A stretch of DNA of 64,000 nucleotides. It comes from Azolla caroliniana (taxonomy: Eukaryota; Plantae; Polypodiophyta). Each line of letters begins with the position of its first letter. Positions within the stretch are counted from its first letter, which is position 1. Under the pieces are notes generated by a model, which saw only the letters and a program-made list of their open reading frames with translations, did not search any database and was not told where the DNA came from. The stretch lies in contig JBHGNT010000005.1 of NCBI GenBank assembly GCA_043228905.1, positions 2,852,001 to 2,916,000 on the forward strand. Reading direction: 5' to 3'. Position numbers and translations under genes: made by a program. Shown in pieces: positions 23,456 through 35,280 of this stretch.

Positions 23456-24790
23456 ATGGCTCCCAAAAGAAAAAATCAACGAACCATTAGTGTAATGTTT
23501 GCATGGAAACCATCGAATGATACAAATGACATAAATATAAACAATGATTTAAATGAGGATATGGATTTGTTTGGGACTGATTTAGAGAGTTTAACTCAAG
23601 AGAGTTGTTCGTCTAAAATAACCAAAGAAAAGCCTAAAAGAAAATTCCGTGATGCATGGAGAGATAAATTCCCATGGATATGATGCATTATGCAAGGAGA
23701 GAAAACATTAATGAAATGTACATGGTGTGAGGAATATGCTAGTCCTAGGCCTTGGGGTGTTGATTCTGGATGCATTACTTTGCAACTTGATGCAATTTTG
23801 ACCCATGTTAACTCAAGTAGCCATAAATTATGTGCATCAAAATGGATATGTGATATTGAAGGGAAAGCAATGTCCATCCCAAAGCATGTATCACAATTGG
23901 ATGATATTAACAAAAATAAGGTCATAACAACAATGAAACTCATGTACTTTATTGCAAAAAAAGATCTGTCTATTGCTACATACAAAGAATTATGTGATTT
24001 GGCTGTGCTACTAAAGGTGTCTAATATGCCTAAGCAACATGATTATATATCTTATACTAGTAGATATGGAGGATATGGATTTTTGGTTGCCTTTGGGAAA
24101 TATTTTCTAGAAATTCAAAGCTCAAACCTAATAAATTCCCCATACTACTCTTTGATGCTAGATTAAAGTATTGACAATGGATTAGAGTTGCATCTCATTG
24201 TGTATGTTACATACTTGCAATGTGGTGGTTGTGGGCCTAAGCAAACTGAATACATGGGTTTGCTAAAAATTCCCAATGGTAAAGGTAGAACTATATATGA
24301 ACATGTTAAGCATCTGTTAGGCGATCAATGCCTCAACATGAACAAGTTGATTGGATTAGCAACTCATGGTGCGCCATCAATGATTGGTAGTGAAATTGGA
24401 ACAGTAACATTAACGAAAAATGATATCCCAAATTTGGTTGGTGTACATTGTATTGCTCATAGAGAAGCATTGGTTATTTCAGATGTATTTAGAGATATCC
24501 CTGAGCTCCTTCTTGTAGAAAAAATTGCAAATAAGGTATATGCATTGGCTAACAATAGTACCAAAAGGACACATGAAATTTTAGAGCTCTCGGAACAAAT
24601 GCAATTGGATGCTCATAGACCCTTACAAATTCATAATATTCATTAGTTGTCACGTGGTGAAGTCAAGGAAAGACTATTGAGTATAATGCTTGCAATACTT
24701 ACTATTTGGAAGAAAGAGAACTTAAACGAGTGGTATAATAAAGCTTGTATCTATAGTGTGCAATTTTGCTTTTGCATGATGACTAATGTG
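23456..24790 (+). pseudogene. hAT-type / ZNF862-like transposase relic
   Basis: MAPKRK NLS; TTF-type zinc finger (RKFRDAWRDKFPW...CTWC...H..S..H); YYSLMLD, GLATHGAPSMIG, VHCIAHRE; several in-frame stops; no TIRs identified. Confidence 0.82.
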
Positions 24791-25823
24791 CCAATAGTTC
24801 TATAGATTGAACACCTGTTTCCAAGAGCATAACTTGGTAAGAGGTAGTGCATTTAACTCCTAATTGCAAAGCATTGTCGGGGTAGTTGTGGTTCATGCGG
24901 TGAAGTCGCAGGGACTAAGGTTAAAAGGAGTTGGCTATATATTTTGTTGAGAATCAAGCTCAACTTGGTCTAGTGTGTGAACTCACCTTGAGAGTGAAGA
25001 GACACTCCAACGGTCAAGAGTCACCATTATGTCACCACTTTGTATTCTAGCATTTAGTATGAGTCATAGAATCATATTTTATGACACATAACTTATGAGC
25101 TTTCACATTCCCCATGCTCCATGAGGCTTGTAATTAATGAAGAGAGAGGGTGACTACATAAAGCACCCTCCTCCCACCTTGTAACATGTCAAGTCTTTCT
25201 CCTTTGTCAATATATGTTTACCTTGCGTATTCCTTCTCTCTCTCTCTCTCATACACACACATAACTCATATCTCTTCCGCTTCACAAGAATCCATCTCTT
25301 GATTCTTTACATATTTTATAAGGCTTGTGTGTTGATGCTAGAAAGATTATGGATAGGAAGACAAAGTAATGTGTGAGAGAGGGATAAGTATAGATAAAAT
25401 ATAGAGATAATGTATAATTTAAGAAGTAAGAGTATATGATATGAACATGGTGTCGTGAAGATTTCGGGCCATAGGTAGAAACAAGGTGAAATGCGCAGGA
25501 ACACCAGTTTACGCGAATGCACGTCTCGAGAAAATTAAATAGGGAAAGTACTAGGCATGAGTATACGGAGGGGTACTAGGTAGTTAGGGCATTAAAGAAG
25601 AAATAGACATTGCATATGTAGGGAGAGTTACAAGGGGAGCGAATAAGGGGAGAGAATCTAGGAAGGGAAAGCGACGGGTCATGAATGCTTGTAATATTCG
25701 CTCCTTGTGCTATAAAGGGGGTAACCTTCGACTGTCTTGAAAATGCCACTTTTTTAGAGGAGAGGAGATACAGAGAGGACTGTAAGGATTGATCCGCGGA
25801 AGGCGCTTCCCCCTGCACGCTGT

Positions 25824-26242
25824 TGTTACCGGCTGGCAAGGAGTCCAAAATACGAAGTGAAGGAATTAATTAAATATGGTTGTAAATGAGCATAGTGTGG
25901 ACGGACGGACTGGAAACGGTATGCCGTTCCAGATCCGGACGGATTCCGAATAGGTGCGAGAGGCACCGTTTTGTACTACGGGCCGGAAACCTATTTAAAG
26001 GCCCGGACCCCATTGTAATCGCAGCGGATAATTAATAGAGCTTATGATGTTTATACTTCTGTGTTGATTTCCGTTCTGTAATTACTGTTATATCTTACGC
26101 GTGTAATTAACCAAAGCATTCTAATCGTGTAACCTACGTAAGTCGGTGTAATCGTTGAATCTTAATCCTATGCCGTAATCACCCTTTGGTGAAGTGTCTT
26201 CGTGACACCTTGTGTTAGGCCTTGTCCGGCTAGCGAATAACA
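25824..26242 (+). repeat. 5' LTR of C
   Basis: TGTTA...TAACA; TATTTAAA box; repeat of 35281-35699. Confidence 0.96.
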
Positions 26243-26248
26243 CAGTTT

Positions 26249-26258
26249 TGGCGACCAC
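26249..26258 (+). promoter_or_regulatory. PBS of C, probably tRNA-Arg
   Basis: TGGCGACCAC, 6 nt after the LTR, complementary to the ...GUGGUCG-CCA end recalled for tRNA-Arg(UCG). Confidence 0.65.
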
Positions 26259-26295
26259 GATTCCTGCTTTCTCGCAGCGAACGACGGCTTAATAG

Positions 26296-29200
26296 ATGAC
26301 GAGACCAACGCACGACCTGGTTACAGACCGAGCTCGACGCCTCGCCGAACGGCAAAGACGGCGTGAGACTTTCCAGCAAGCAGCGCACGAAATTCGCTCG
26401 GATCATTCGTTCTCCAACGAGATCCGGAGAGTCGCGGAGGAATCTCTTCGGTTACGGCAAACTCGCGACCAGGACGACGGAAGCAGTCTAAGTAGTCTCC
26501 GGGAAACCGAACGCCTCCTCGAGGCGCTGGCAAGCGGAGAAAACGAGGCAGAAGCCTTTTCAGCCTACGAATCGGATTCCGAAGGGGGATACAGCGTGCA
26601 CACGAACTACCGGAGCAGCAATGATACCCCCGGCGGCCCGGAGGACGACGGGTCGGATACCGTGCCGACTCCAGAACCGGAACCGCTCGACCAGGGCTAT
26701 CCGGAACCGCAAACGGAAGCCGTCAACCCACCAACACCGGAAGTGGAAGAAGCAAAGCCACCGACACCAACGAAAGAGCCGGCGAAGGTACCGGAAGACG
26801 AGCCGGTGAAAGAACCGGAAAAAGAACCGGAAGAGGAACCGGAAAAAGCACCGGCAAAACAACCGGAAGTGGAACCGGAGAGAAAACCAGAAAGATATCA
26901 ACAAACGCCACTAAACCGCGGCCTAATTCTGGACGACGACATGCCATTCCAATACTCAAAGTATCGCGATGATCCGGACGCGGAAGCGCATGTTCATGCC
27001 TTCGAGCAGACATGGGAAGCAAATCATACGTCCCAGCGAATGACACCGGAGGAAGAAGAACGCTCGAAGATAGCGGAATTCAGGGTCACGTTGGAAGGAC
27101 CAGCGACACGATGGCGGCGGACGCAGGACCCGGCGACCATCACAACCTTTGCAGAATTAAAAGCAAAATTCTTGCATTTTTTCCACAAGGAGGTCGACCA
27201 GACGACAATGGTGGGCCTGTTTTATACGATCCGACAGGAGGCAGGGGAAAGCATTCCCCAATTCGTCATCCGTTTCCAACGAATGCATAGCCAGCTTGCC
27301 CGTGCACCCCCGGAGGAGGAATTACGGACGATATTTTTAAACGCACTTCGGGAGCCGTTATGCACGGTGTGTACGGTAATCGACTTTCGAGGAAGCACCA
27401 TTGACCAGGTCATTGACCGGGTCAGAGAAATGGAAAAGTCAAGCTCATGGCTTACACTGGGAACACTGCAACGGGCGTTACCCATCGAGGAAGATCTCCG
27501 GTTCCGGCAGGCAATTCAATGCACAATCTGCTTGAATGCCGGACACTCGGCAGTGGAGTGCACCATGCGAACCCAGTGTGTGATTTGTCAATCCAAGAGT
27601 CATACAACAGACCGGTGCGAGTATAACCTGTTAAACCGACAAGCACCACCCGTCCGACGGATCGAGCCAAGAAGCAGCCGAGACGAAGATGAAGATCGTT
27701 GGCAAAAAATGAACCGGTACCGACCGGCACAGGATGCCCGGTACGGAGACAGACAAGAGAATGATAGCCGGTACGGGAATCGGCATGATAACTACGACCG
27801 GTATGAGCGATCGAACCGTTATCGGGAGCCCAACAGGCGACACGAGCAATACGACAGAGACCATTCCCCTGATTACCGAAGGCACCAGGAGGACTACGGC
27901 CGATTTTACGATCCACCACGACAGGACTACCGAAATAAAAATAAGAATAATAAGAAACGTAATTTCAAGAAAGGTGGTCACCCTAGGGACCCGGAACATG
28001 GAACCCCAAGGAGCCAACCGGCACAGAACGCACCACTCACTACGGGACCGACTCCGGCTACCAGCAATGCTGAATCCAGCAATACCCGTAAAGAGTACTG
28101 CTACTACTGCAGGCAGGAAGGCCACTACATTAACCAGTGCCCGGTAAAGAGCTACGAGAAACGACCAACAGTTAATATGGTGGTTCCGGAAGTGGCAGAT
28201 ATACAGCAAGTAACCACACGGTCGAAAGGCATGGCCAAAGAATGGGAAACACAAGAGGCCATACGAAAACAGGCGACGGAATGGGTGAAGGAAGCCAATG
28301 AAAGGAACGTCGCGGACCCGGAACAGCAAAAGCCGAATACCATAGGCAGTGCTGGCGGTAGCCACCCAGAAAACGAGACATGGCAAGCACTGCAAGAATG
28401 TCAGATCACGTTGCCGTTAGGAAGACTCTTGCAGCTCGTGCCGCGATTTACGGAAGGACTAAAAACGGGCATAGCCCCACCGGCACCAGTCCTCTTCTCG
28501 AATCCAGAGGAGGGACCGACGGTGGTAGACACTAGTAGTCCGGTGATTACAGCTATTGTCAAAGGGCACGAACTTCCCGGCACAGTAATCGATGGAGGTT
28601 CCGGGGTGAACGTAATAAGCCTCCACACGTGTGATGCCTTGGGTATACATGAATGGGAGCCATGTCCGTTCTGGCTACGGATGGCGGATACGAGCTCTGT
28701 ACGGCCGACGGGCTTAATACGGAAATTGGAAGTCACCATAGGAGGTCACACATTTCACATCTCGGCTATAGTGCTGCAGCTACAGGCGCAAGGCGCATAC
28801 CCACTGTTGCTGGGCAGACCATGGTTGAAAACAGCACACATCAAGCAAAATTGGCGGAAAAATATGATTACCTTCCGGCGCGGAAAAGCCAAGGTCCGGG
28901 TACCAACACAACCACGGACGAGCAACGGTAAGGAATGCACACCGCTGTATGCGGAATGCGTGAACATGCTTGAAGGGTTGGCAGACGACGAAGAAGCCCA
29001 GTACTTGGAGGAACACCCGAAGATCGTACCACTCTTCGAGATTGACGTAGCTGAAGCCGTAGCGCCATACTTGCCACAACGGGACGAAACCGAAGCCGAA
29101 CCAGACAAAGATGCGATTCGGGAATTACGGCAAGCACAGGAAGCGTTGGAACGGGAAATGGCCGTTTCCCAATGGGTAAAAGCATCCCAGCTCGACGAAG

Positions 29201-32166
29201 TGAACCTAGGAAGCAAGGACGAATCAAAGCCGGTACACATCGCAAAAGAAATGAAGCCGGAAGATAAAGCGGCGATGATCAAACTTCTCACGGAGTTTCG
29301 CGACGTATTCGCCTGGTCATACGAAGACATGCGAGGGCTGGACCCTCAATTATATCAACATCAGATCCACTTAGGCAAGGACGCGAAACCAGTGGCGCAA
29401 AGACGTTACCGAATGAACCCCAACTACGCCGCCAAAGTGAAGGAGGAAATCGACAAACTCCTAAGAGTGGGCTTCATCCGGCCGGTAAATAAAGCGACGT
29501 GGCTGAGCCCCATCGTCGTCGTCCCCAAGAAGAACGGTAAAATCCGCGTGTGTGTAGATTACAGGAAATTAAATGCAGCCACAATTACGGATGCATTCCC
29601 TCTTCCGTTCACGGACGGAGTACTGGATGCCGTCGCCGGCCATGAAGTTTATAGTTTTTTAGACGACTTCAGCGGATACAATCAAATCCGGATGCACCCC
29701 GACGACCAGGAGAAGACAGCGTTCGTCACCGAATGGGGGGTGTTTGTGGCCGAAGTAATGATGTTCGGCCTAAAAACGGCACCAGCAACTTTCCAGCGAA
29801 TCATCATGGAGATCTTCGGCGAATACATTCCTGCCTTCATGCAGGTTTTCCTGGATGATTTTGCAGTCTATAGCCGGGGAAAAGACCATTTGCAGCACCT
29901 ACGGTTATGCCTTGAAAAGTGTAGGTTATACCGACTAAGCTTAAACCCAGCAAAATGCATCTTTGGAGTTTCAAGTGGAATATTGCTGGGACACATTGTA
30001 AGTAAGGAGGGCATTGCGGTCGACCCCGACAAAGTAAACGCGATACTAGGGGCACCGGCGCCGAAAACGGCCAAAGCACTAAGCCAATTCTTAGGACAGA
30101 TTCGGTGGCACAGCCGGATGCTCCGTCACTTGGCTGACTTGGCTACACCATTACACACCGCGGTACATCGGACACCGTTCCAATGGACGGATACGGAGGA
30201 TAAGGCATACAATGCCCTGAAGGTACTTTTGTCGCAAGCACCCGTCGTGCAGCCTCCGGATTGGAGCAAGGAATTTCACGTGTTCGTGGACACTTCCGAC
30301 ATCGCTATCGGCAGCGCCTTAATGCAACTTATGGAGCCCAAATGGTACCGGCCGGTATATTACGCCAGCCGGAAGCTGTCCCAAGCGGAGAAGAACTATT
30401 CGACTACGGAACGGGAGGCCCTAGGCATGATCTACAGTGTCACAAAGTTTCGTCATTACCTATTGGGAAGGAAGTTCTCCTTTCATGTGGATCACTCGGC
30501 GCTCTTGTACTTAGTGTCCAAGGCGTCCCTGACCGGTAAGATGGCCCGTTGGACCTTGCTGTTGCAGGAGTTCGAATTCGAGATTTTCCACCGGCCCGGT
30601 ATCCAGCATGCCGTAGCAGACTATCTGAGCCGGTTAGAGTCCGGAGAATCAGGCGACGGAGTAGCGGATGAATTCCCGGACGCAGAGTTATTCCGTATCA
30701 CCCCGGAAACGGCAGCGGACGACACGGTGGCATCAGAAGATAGGTGGCTGACAAACATGCACCAGTTCCTAAGCACGGGCCTGCCACCAGAGGAAATGAA
30801 CCGGGACGAGAGGAAACGACTAGCGGTGCAGAGCCGCAATTTCTGTCTGTTACGGGAAACTCTCTACCACAAGGGAGCAGATGGAATATGGAGACGGGCA
30901 GTCCGTAGTGACGAGAAACAAGTAATCTTACGGGAAGCACACTGTGGGGTTGCCGGAGGACACTATGCCGGGGAAGCGACGGCAAGGAAAGTATGGCAGA
31001 GCGGGTTATGGTGGCCCACGACGTTAAAAGACGCCGTCAAGTATGCTAAGGAATGTGACCTATGCCAACGAATGGGCCAGCCTACGGAGCAAGCACGGAT
31101 GCCACACCAACCGGTACTCCCACTAGAGCCATTCCAGAAGTGGGGGTTGGATTTTGTCGGACCGTTCAAGCCACCGGCAATGAGAACGGGTAATCGTTAT
31201 GTCATCGTGGCAACGGATTATTGCACTAAATGGGTGGAGGCTAAGGCCTTGAGAGACAATACCGCGTCATCCACAGCAAAATTCCTGTACGAAAACATTT
31301 GGTGCCGATATGGATGTCCGATTGAATTAATCAGCGACCAAGGAGGGCACTTCCTCGGCCAGGTAGTGGAAAGCTTAACAACGTTCTATGCCGTGGTTCA
31401 TAAACGGAGCACACCGTACTACCCACAAGCGAACGGGTTAGCAAAGTCCACCAACAAAACGCTGCAGAACATTCTCCGCAAAATTGTCAATGAAAACCGG
31501 ACGGACTGGGACACAAAGCTCCATAGCGCGCTATGGGCGTACCGAACGGCATACAAAACAAGTATCCGGACAACGCCGTTCCGGTTAGCATTCGGCTTAG
31601 AAGCGGTCATGCCAGTGGAATTTCAGGTACCAAGCTTACGGATCCAACTACGGGAACGGCTGAATGAAAAGGAGTCGGAGAAAATGCGGCTAGCAGCACT
31701 ATGCGAGCTGGAGGAGCAACGACTGGCCAGCATCCTACACATGGAACTGGAGCAACGACGATGGAAAGCGTTCGTTGACCGTCACCGGAAAGGTAACGAA
31801 AAGATGTTCGAAATCGGAAAGCCGGTTCTAGTATTCCAAACGAGGATGGGCAAGATGCCGGGTAAACTCCGGTTTAGATGGACAGGCCCGTATTGGTTGA
31901 CACGGGAATACAACGGGTCCTATCAGATAGGGACACTTGCCGGTGAAGTACTAGGCAAGTGGGTGAACGGATTTAGACTAAAGCCCTATAAAGGACCGAT
32001 GCCAAAGAACCCGTTTATGCAGCTCACCGGCACTATACCGGGAACCTGTCCGGGAACGGTACGGATGGAAGAAAAAGACGACGGGGAACCCGTAGCAGAG
32101 ACGAAGGAAGACACGGCAACCCGTAAGGAAAACGGTAAGGGTCCGAAGGGACCTACGGATGTGTAA
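26296..32166 (+). CDS. C gag-pol polyprotein, 1956 aa
   Basis: Single ORF: gag, three CCHC knuckles, protease IDGGSG, RT (CVDYRKLN, MMFGL, FLDD), RNase H (EREALG), HHCC, DDE integrase, GPY. Confidence 0.95.
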   Translation: MTRPTHDLVTDRARRLAERQRRRETFQQAAHEIRSDHSFSNEIRRVAEESLRLRQTRDQDDGSSLSSLRETERLLEALASGENEAEAFSAYESDSEGGYSVHTNYRSSNDTPGGPEDDGSDTVPTPEPEPLDQGYPEPQTEAVNPPTPEVEEAKPPTPTKEPAKVPEDEPVKEPEKEPEEEPEKAPAKQPEVEPERKPERYQQTPLNRGLILDDDMPFQYSKYRDDPDAEAHVHAFEQTWEANHTSQRMTPEEEERSKIAEFRVTLEGPATRWRRTQDPATITTFAELKAKFLHFFHKEVDQTTMVGLFYTIRQEAGESIPQFVIRFQRMHSQLARAPPEEELRTIFLNALREPLCTVCTVIDFRGSTIDQVIDRVREMEKSSSWLTLGTLQRALPIEEDLRFRQAIQCTICLNAGHSAVECTMRTQCVICQSKSHTTDRCEYNLLNRQAPPVRRIEPRSSRDEDEDRWQKMNRYRPAQDARYGDRQENDSRYGNRHDNYDRYERSNRYREPNRRHEQYDRDHSPDYRRHQEDYGRFYDPPRQDYRNKNKNNKKRNFKKGGHPRDPEHGTPRSQPAQNAPLTTGPTPATSNAESSNTRKEYCYYCRQEGHYINQCPVKSYEKRPTVNMVVPEVADIQQVTTRSKGMAKEWETQEAIRKQATEWVKEANERNVADPEQQKPNTIGSAGGSHPENETWQALQECQITLPLGRLLQLVPRFTEGLKTGIAPPAPVLFSNPEEGPTVVDTSSPVITAIVKGHELPGTVIDGGSGVNVISLHTCDALGIHEWEPCPFWLRMADTSSVRPTGLIRKLEVTIGGHTFHISAIVLQLQAQGAYPLLLGRPWLKTAHIKQNWRKNMITFRRGKAKVRVPTQPRTSNGKECTPLYAECVNMLEGLADDEEAQYLEEHPKIVPLFEIDVAEAVAPYLPQRDETEAEPDKDAIRELRQAQEALEREMAVSQWVKASQLDEVNLGSKDESKPVHIAKEMKPEDKAAMIKLLTEFRDVFAWSYEDMRGLDPQLYQHQIHLGKDAKPVAQRRYRMNPNYAAKVKEEIDKLLRVGFIRPVNKATWLSPIVVVPKKNGKIRVCVDYRKLNAATITDAFPLPFTDGVLDAVAGHEVYSFLDDFSGYNQIRMHPDDQEKTAFVTEWGVFVAEVMMFGLKTAPATFQRIIMEIFGEYIPAFMQVFLDDFAVYSRGKDHLQHLRLCLEKCRLYRLSLNPAKCIFGVSSGILLGHIVSKEGIAVDPDKVNAILGAPAPKTAKALSQFLGQIRWHSRMLRHLADLATPLHTAVHRTPFQWTDTEDKAYNALKVLLSQAPVVQPPDWSKEFHVFVDTSDIAIGSALMQLMEPKWYRPVYYASRKLSQAEKNYSTTEREALGMIYSVTKFRHYLLGRKFSFHVDHSALLYLVSKASLTGKMARWTLLLQEFEFEIFHRPGIQHAVADYLSRLESGESGDGVADEFPDAELFRITPETAADDTVASEDRWLTNMHQFLSTGLPPEEMNRDERKRLAVQSRNFCLLRETLYHKGADGIWRRAVRSDEKQVILREAHCGVAGGHYAGEATARKVWQSGLWWPTTLKDAVKYAKECDLCQRMGQPTEQARMPHQPVLPLEPFQKWGLDFVGPFKPPAMRTGNRYVIVATDYCTKWVEAKALRDNTASSTAKFLYENIWCRYGCPIELISDQGGHFLGQVVESLTTFYAVVHKRSTPYYPQANGLAKSTNKTLQNILRKIVNENRTDWDTKLHSALWAYRTAYKTSIRTTPFRLAFGLEAVMPVEFQVPSLRIQLRERLNEKESEKMRLAALCELEEQRLASILHMELEQRRWKAFVDRHRKGNEKMFEIGKPVLVFQTRMGKMPGKLRFRWTGPYWLTREYNGSYQIGTLAGEVLGKWVNGFRLKPYKGPMPKNPFMQLTGTIPGTCPGTVRMEEKDDGEPVAETKEDTATRKENGKGPKGPTDV

Positions 32167-32558
32167 GATCACACACGGTCATTTAAAAAATAAAAAATAA
32201 AAAATAAAAAAAAAATAAATCATTAAAAATCGAGGTATGAACGGACGTGAAAGCAAGGAGCGAAAAGGTACGTAGTGGGCATTTAAGAGCCGCCACATTA
32301 CTTAATACTAAATCGGTACACGACGTGCGCATGCTCGAAAAAGGCGCCAAGACGCACAGAGAAAAAGAAGAGCGCATGGAGACCTTCTTTTTTCGCGAGC
32401 CAAGAAGCACAGAAGCACCAAGGCAGTGGAAGCTTAGCAAACGCGAACCTGCACTCAGAGAAACCCCACGTTCGGAACGCTCTCTGTCTCGCTCCCTCTC
32501 TCGCTCTCACTCTCATCACCACTCTACCTCGCCATCTTTCCTCGACCTCGAAGCAGAC

Positions 32559-35228
32559 ATGGAACCACAAACGCTGTCGGAAGCGGCCAGGAAATGGTTC
32601 AGGCAACACGGACTGGACGGGTTCTTGACCATCATGGAGGCACCACCGCACAAAGAAGCCGACCAGGTCATCAAGGAGCTTGACAAGGAAGTCATCACCG
32701 AGGAAGCGATCCGTGCGCTAACAGGCCTTCCGGAGGGAGGTATTTTTCAGATTGATAATCCAACCTCGGAGCAACTCACCCGATATTTCGGTGAGTACTC
32801 TGTAGCCGGCAAAGGCTATCGAACGCAGGGCGGCGAAGATCCGCTGTTCAGGGAGATAGCTCGAGTGCTCCATGAGTACGGCCACGTGTACCCCCGACCC
32901 CCTGTCATGCCAAAAAATCGGGCAGGGATGATCATAGCCACCTATGAAGGGATCCAGGTGGACTGGCCGGTGTTGATTGCAGACGGTTTGTGCGCGGCAA
33001 TCGACATGGTACGAGGAAAGGACGGCAAGGAGGGCCGGAAGCTATGGCATGCCGTAGCGCAGTGGATAACATTGCTCGTGCCGCCGGTCGAGACGGTTCA
33101 GCCAAAGAAGCGGCCAAGATTATCGGAAGGAAGCACTTCCAAACCCGCGTCCAAACGACAGCAGCTGCTGGCGTCGAAGGCGACGAAAGGAAAGAAACGG
33201 CTCCCAGAACCGGAGGAGGTGTCACCGGTGGGACCCGTTAAGATAACCATACGGCGACCGGGACAGAAGGAACCGGAACCCTTGACGGCACGGAAACATG
33301 CTGTTACCCAGGAAGAGGAAACGGAGGAGCCAGAAGAGCACCTCCAACGACGGTCAAGAAGTAGGACCGCCGGGACGGCGGGGGAGCGTTCGGACCCGTA
33401 GAAAGAAGAAACGCCCCTAACTCAACCTGAGCAAACCGCAAGGGAGGAACCGGAACCGGTGCGTGTAGAACCGGCCTTGTCGACTTCTATACCAGAAGTC
33501 ATTCCAACGGCTCCGGAGACGGCGAGAACCGGAACTCAACAGCCGGCTAGCCCAGCCAGCACACACGACGGCCAAGGAGTAGAACCGGAACGACAGATAC
33601 AGGCACTCAGGCCAGACAATGCCACAGTGAACGAGCCGACCCGACCAGTACAGCAGCAAGGCACCAGTAGCATGTGGCTACGGTGGGTAGGCGAGCAGAT
33701 CGCCGGAGCGGTCGAGTACATAGAGGCGGAGGAGAGAGTGCACAACGAACGGTTGCTCGTCACAACCGTAGATCTAGAGACGGCCCGGTCCAGAATCCGG
33801 AGCCTTGAACAAGACTTGGACAGGGTCACAAGGGAAATGGCTCAATTCGCTTTGACAACACAAGTCCAAGCACCGGTGACTCCGGGCAATGTACAGAATA
33901 AGGCGTCAGATCAACCTGTACATAGCAATCAGACCCCGGCAACGGAAACCGTTCCGGAGAGAAATGCGGCACAAGCCCAAGAGCTTGTGGATTTAAAGGA
34001 TGAGCTAGCTGCCCAAGAAGCGCTGAGGAGCCGCGAAAGAGAATTGAAGACGACAGCGGAGGCAGAACTCAAAAAGACTGCTGAGAATCTACGCCGGGCC
34101 GAGGAGAGCTTACGGAAAGGCCACCAAGCGTACGACCGGCTCAAGGAGGAGAAGGAGAAAATGATGCAAGAGAAGGACAGGCTCCGGAGGAACGCCGAAA
34201 CAGAAGTAGAGCGCCTGAAAGAGGAACTCCGGCAGGTAAAGGACCGGGAAGACCGGAACCAGCGCCAGATCAACGGCAAGCTCAAACAAAAAACGGAGGA
34301 ATTTGAGCACTTGCACCGGGAGTATAAACGGTTGCAAACGGAGCACAAGGAACGGACAGATGAGCTCCGGCAAGCAGTTGATCGGACCGCAACGGCATAC
34401 GCTAAGGAACAAGCGGAAACCAGAAGACGGTTGGAAGAGGCGGAGAAGGTTCAGACAGAGCTCCTCAGGCAACAGCAGGCGGAAAAAGAAAGAGCGGCGG
34501 AGGTACTGCAGAGGCTGCAAACAACATATCAAGGGCAGCTAACGCGCTACAGAGAGCAGGCGGAGGATACGGCTAATCTCATCAAGCAGTTGAAGGAGGA
34601 ACGACAAGTTGTGGAAAGTAGAGCGCAAATGGGAGCAAGTCGTATCCAGGATATCATGCGGGCCTGATTGAACCAGACCAAGAGCTTGATTGACAACGGT
34701 TCCGTCAAATGGTGGACCAAGTGGGCCACGAACGCGGCAGAACTCCAATTGCTCCGGGCCGACGTAGAGAACTGGCGGAAGGAGGGAGATGATTGCTATA
34801 TGCTGACTTCCGAAGACTTCACCGGCATAAGAGATGAGCTGGCCGAAGACTTTCAAGCCTTGGCAGACGACCAACTAGGGCAAGTCCGGCAACTTGTAGC
34901 TCAGCTGGACGACGACAGGCTGGAGGCGCAGATCCAGTTTGAAAGCTACGAGAGGTCCTGGATCCGGGGAGAGAAAGAACGAGAACCGGTTACGGTCAAC
35001 CTCAGTGATGAGGAACCGTTACTGGAAGGAGACCGGACCGGAAGCAGTCAAACGGAGCAGCCGGAGTCAGAGAAACAAACGGAGCAGCCGCCTATAGAGC
35101 AGTCGGAACAGCCGCAGTCCCAACCGCAACCACAGCAGCAGCAGCAAGCACAGCCGCAGCAACCACAACCGGAAGAACAAGTGGAAACTCTGGAACAAAG
35201 TATTTTGGACAATTTGGGTGAACAATGA
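32559..35228 (+). pseudogene. C ORF2: ~889-aa extra ORF (globular N-domain, NLS-like motifs, long coiled coil) with two in-frame stops
   Basis: ORFs 32247-33401, 33459-34667 and 34668-35228 share one frame, broken only by TAG 33399 and TGA 34665. Confidence 0.85.
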
Positions 35229-35280
35229 AGGGGCCGAGAAGGGTTCGACGTACAAGGTACTGTCCCACGGGCGTGCCATG

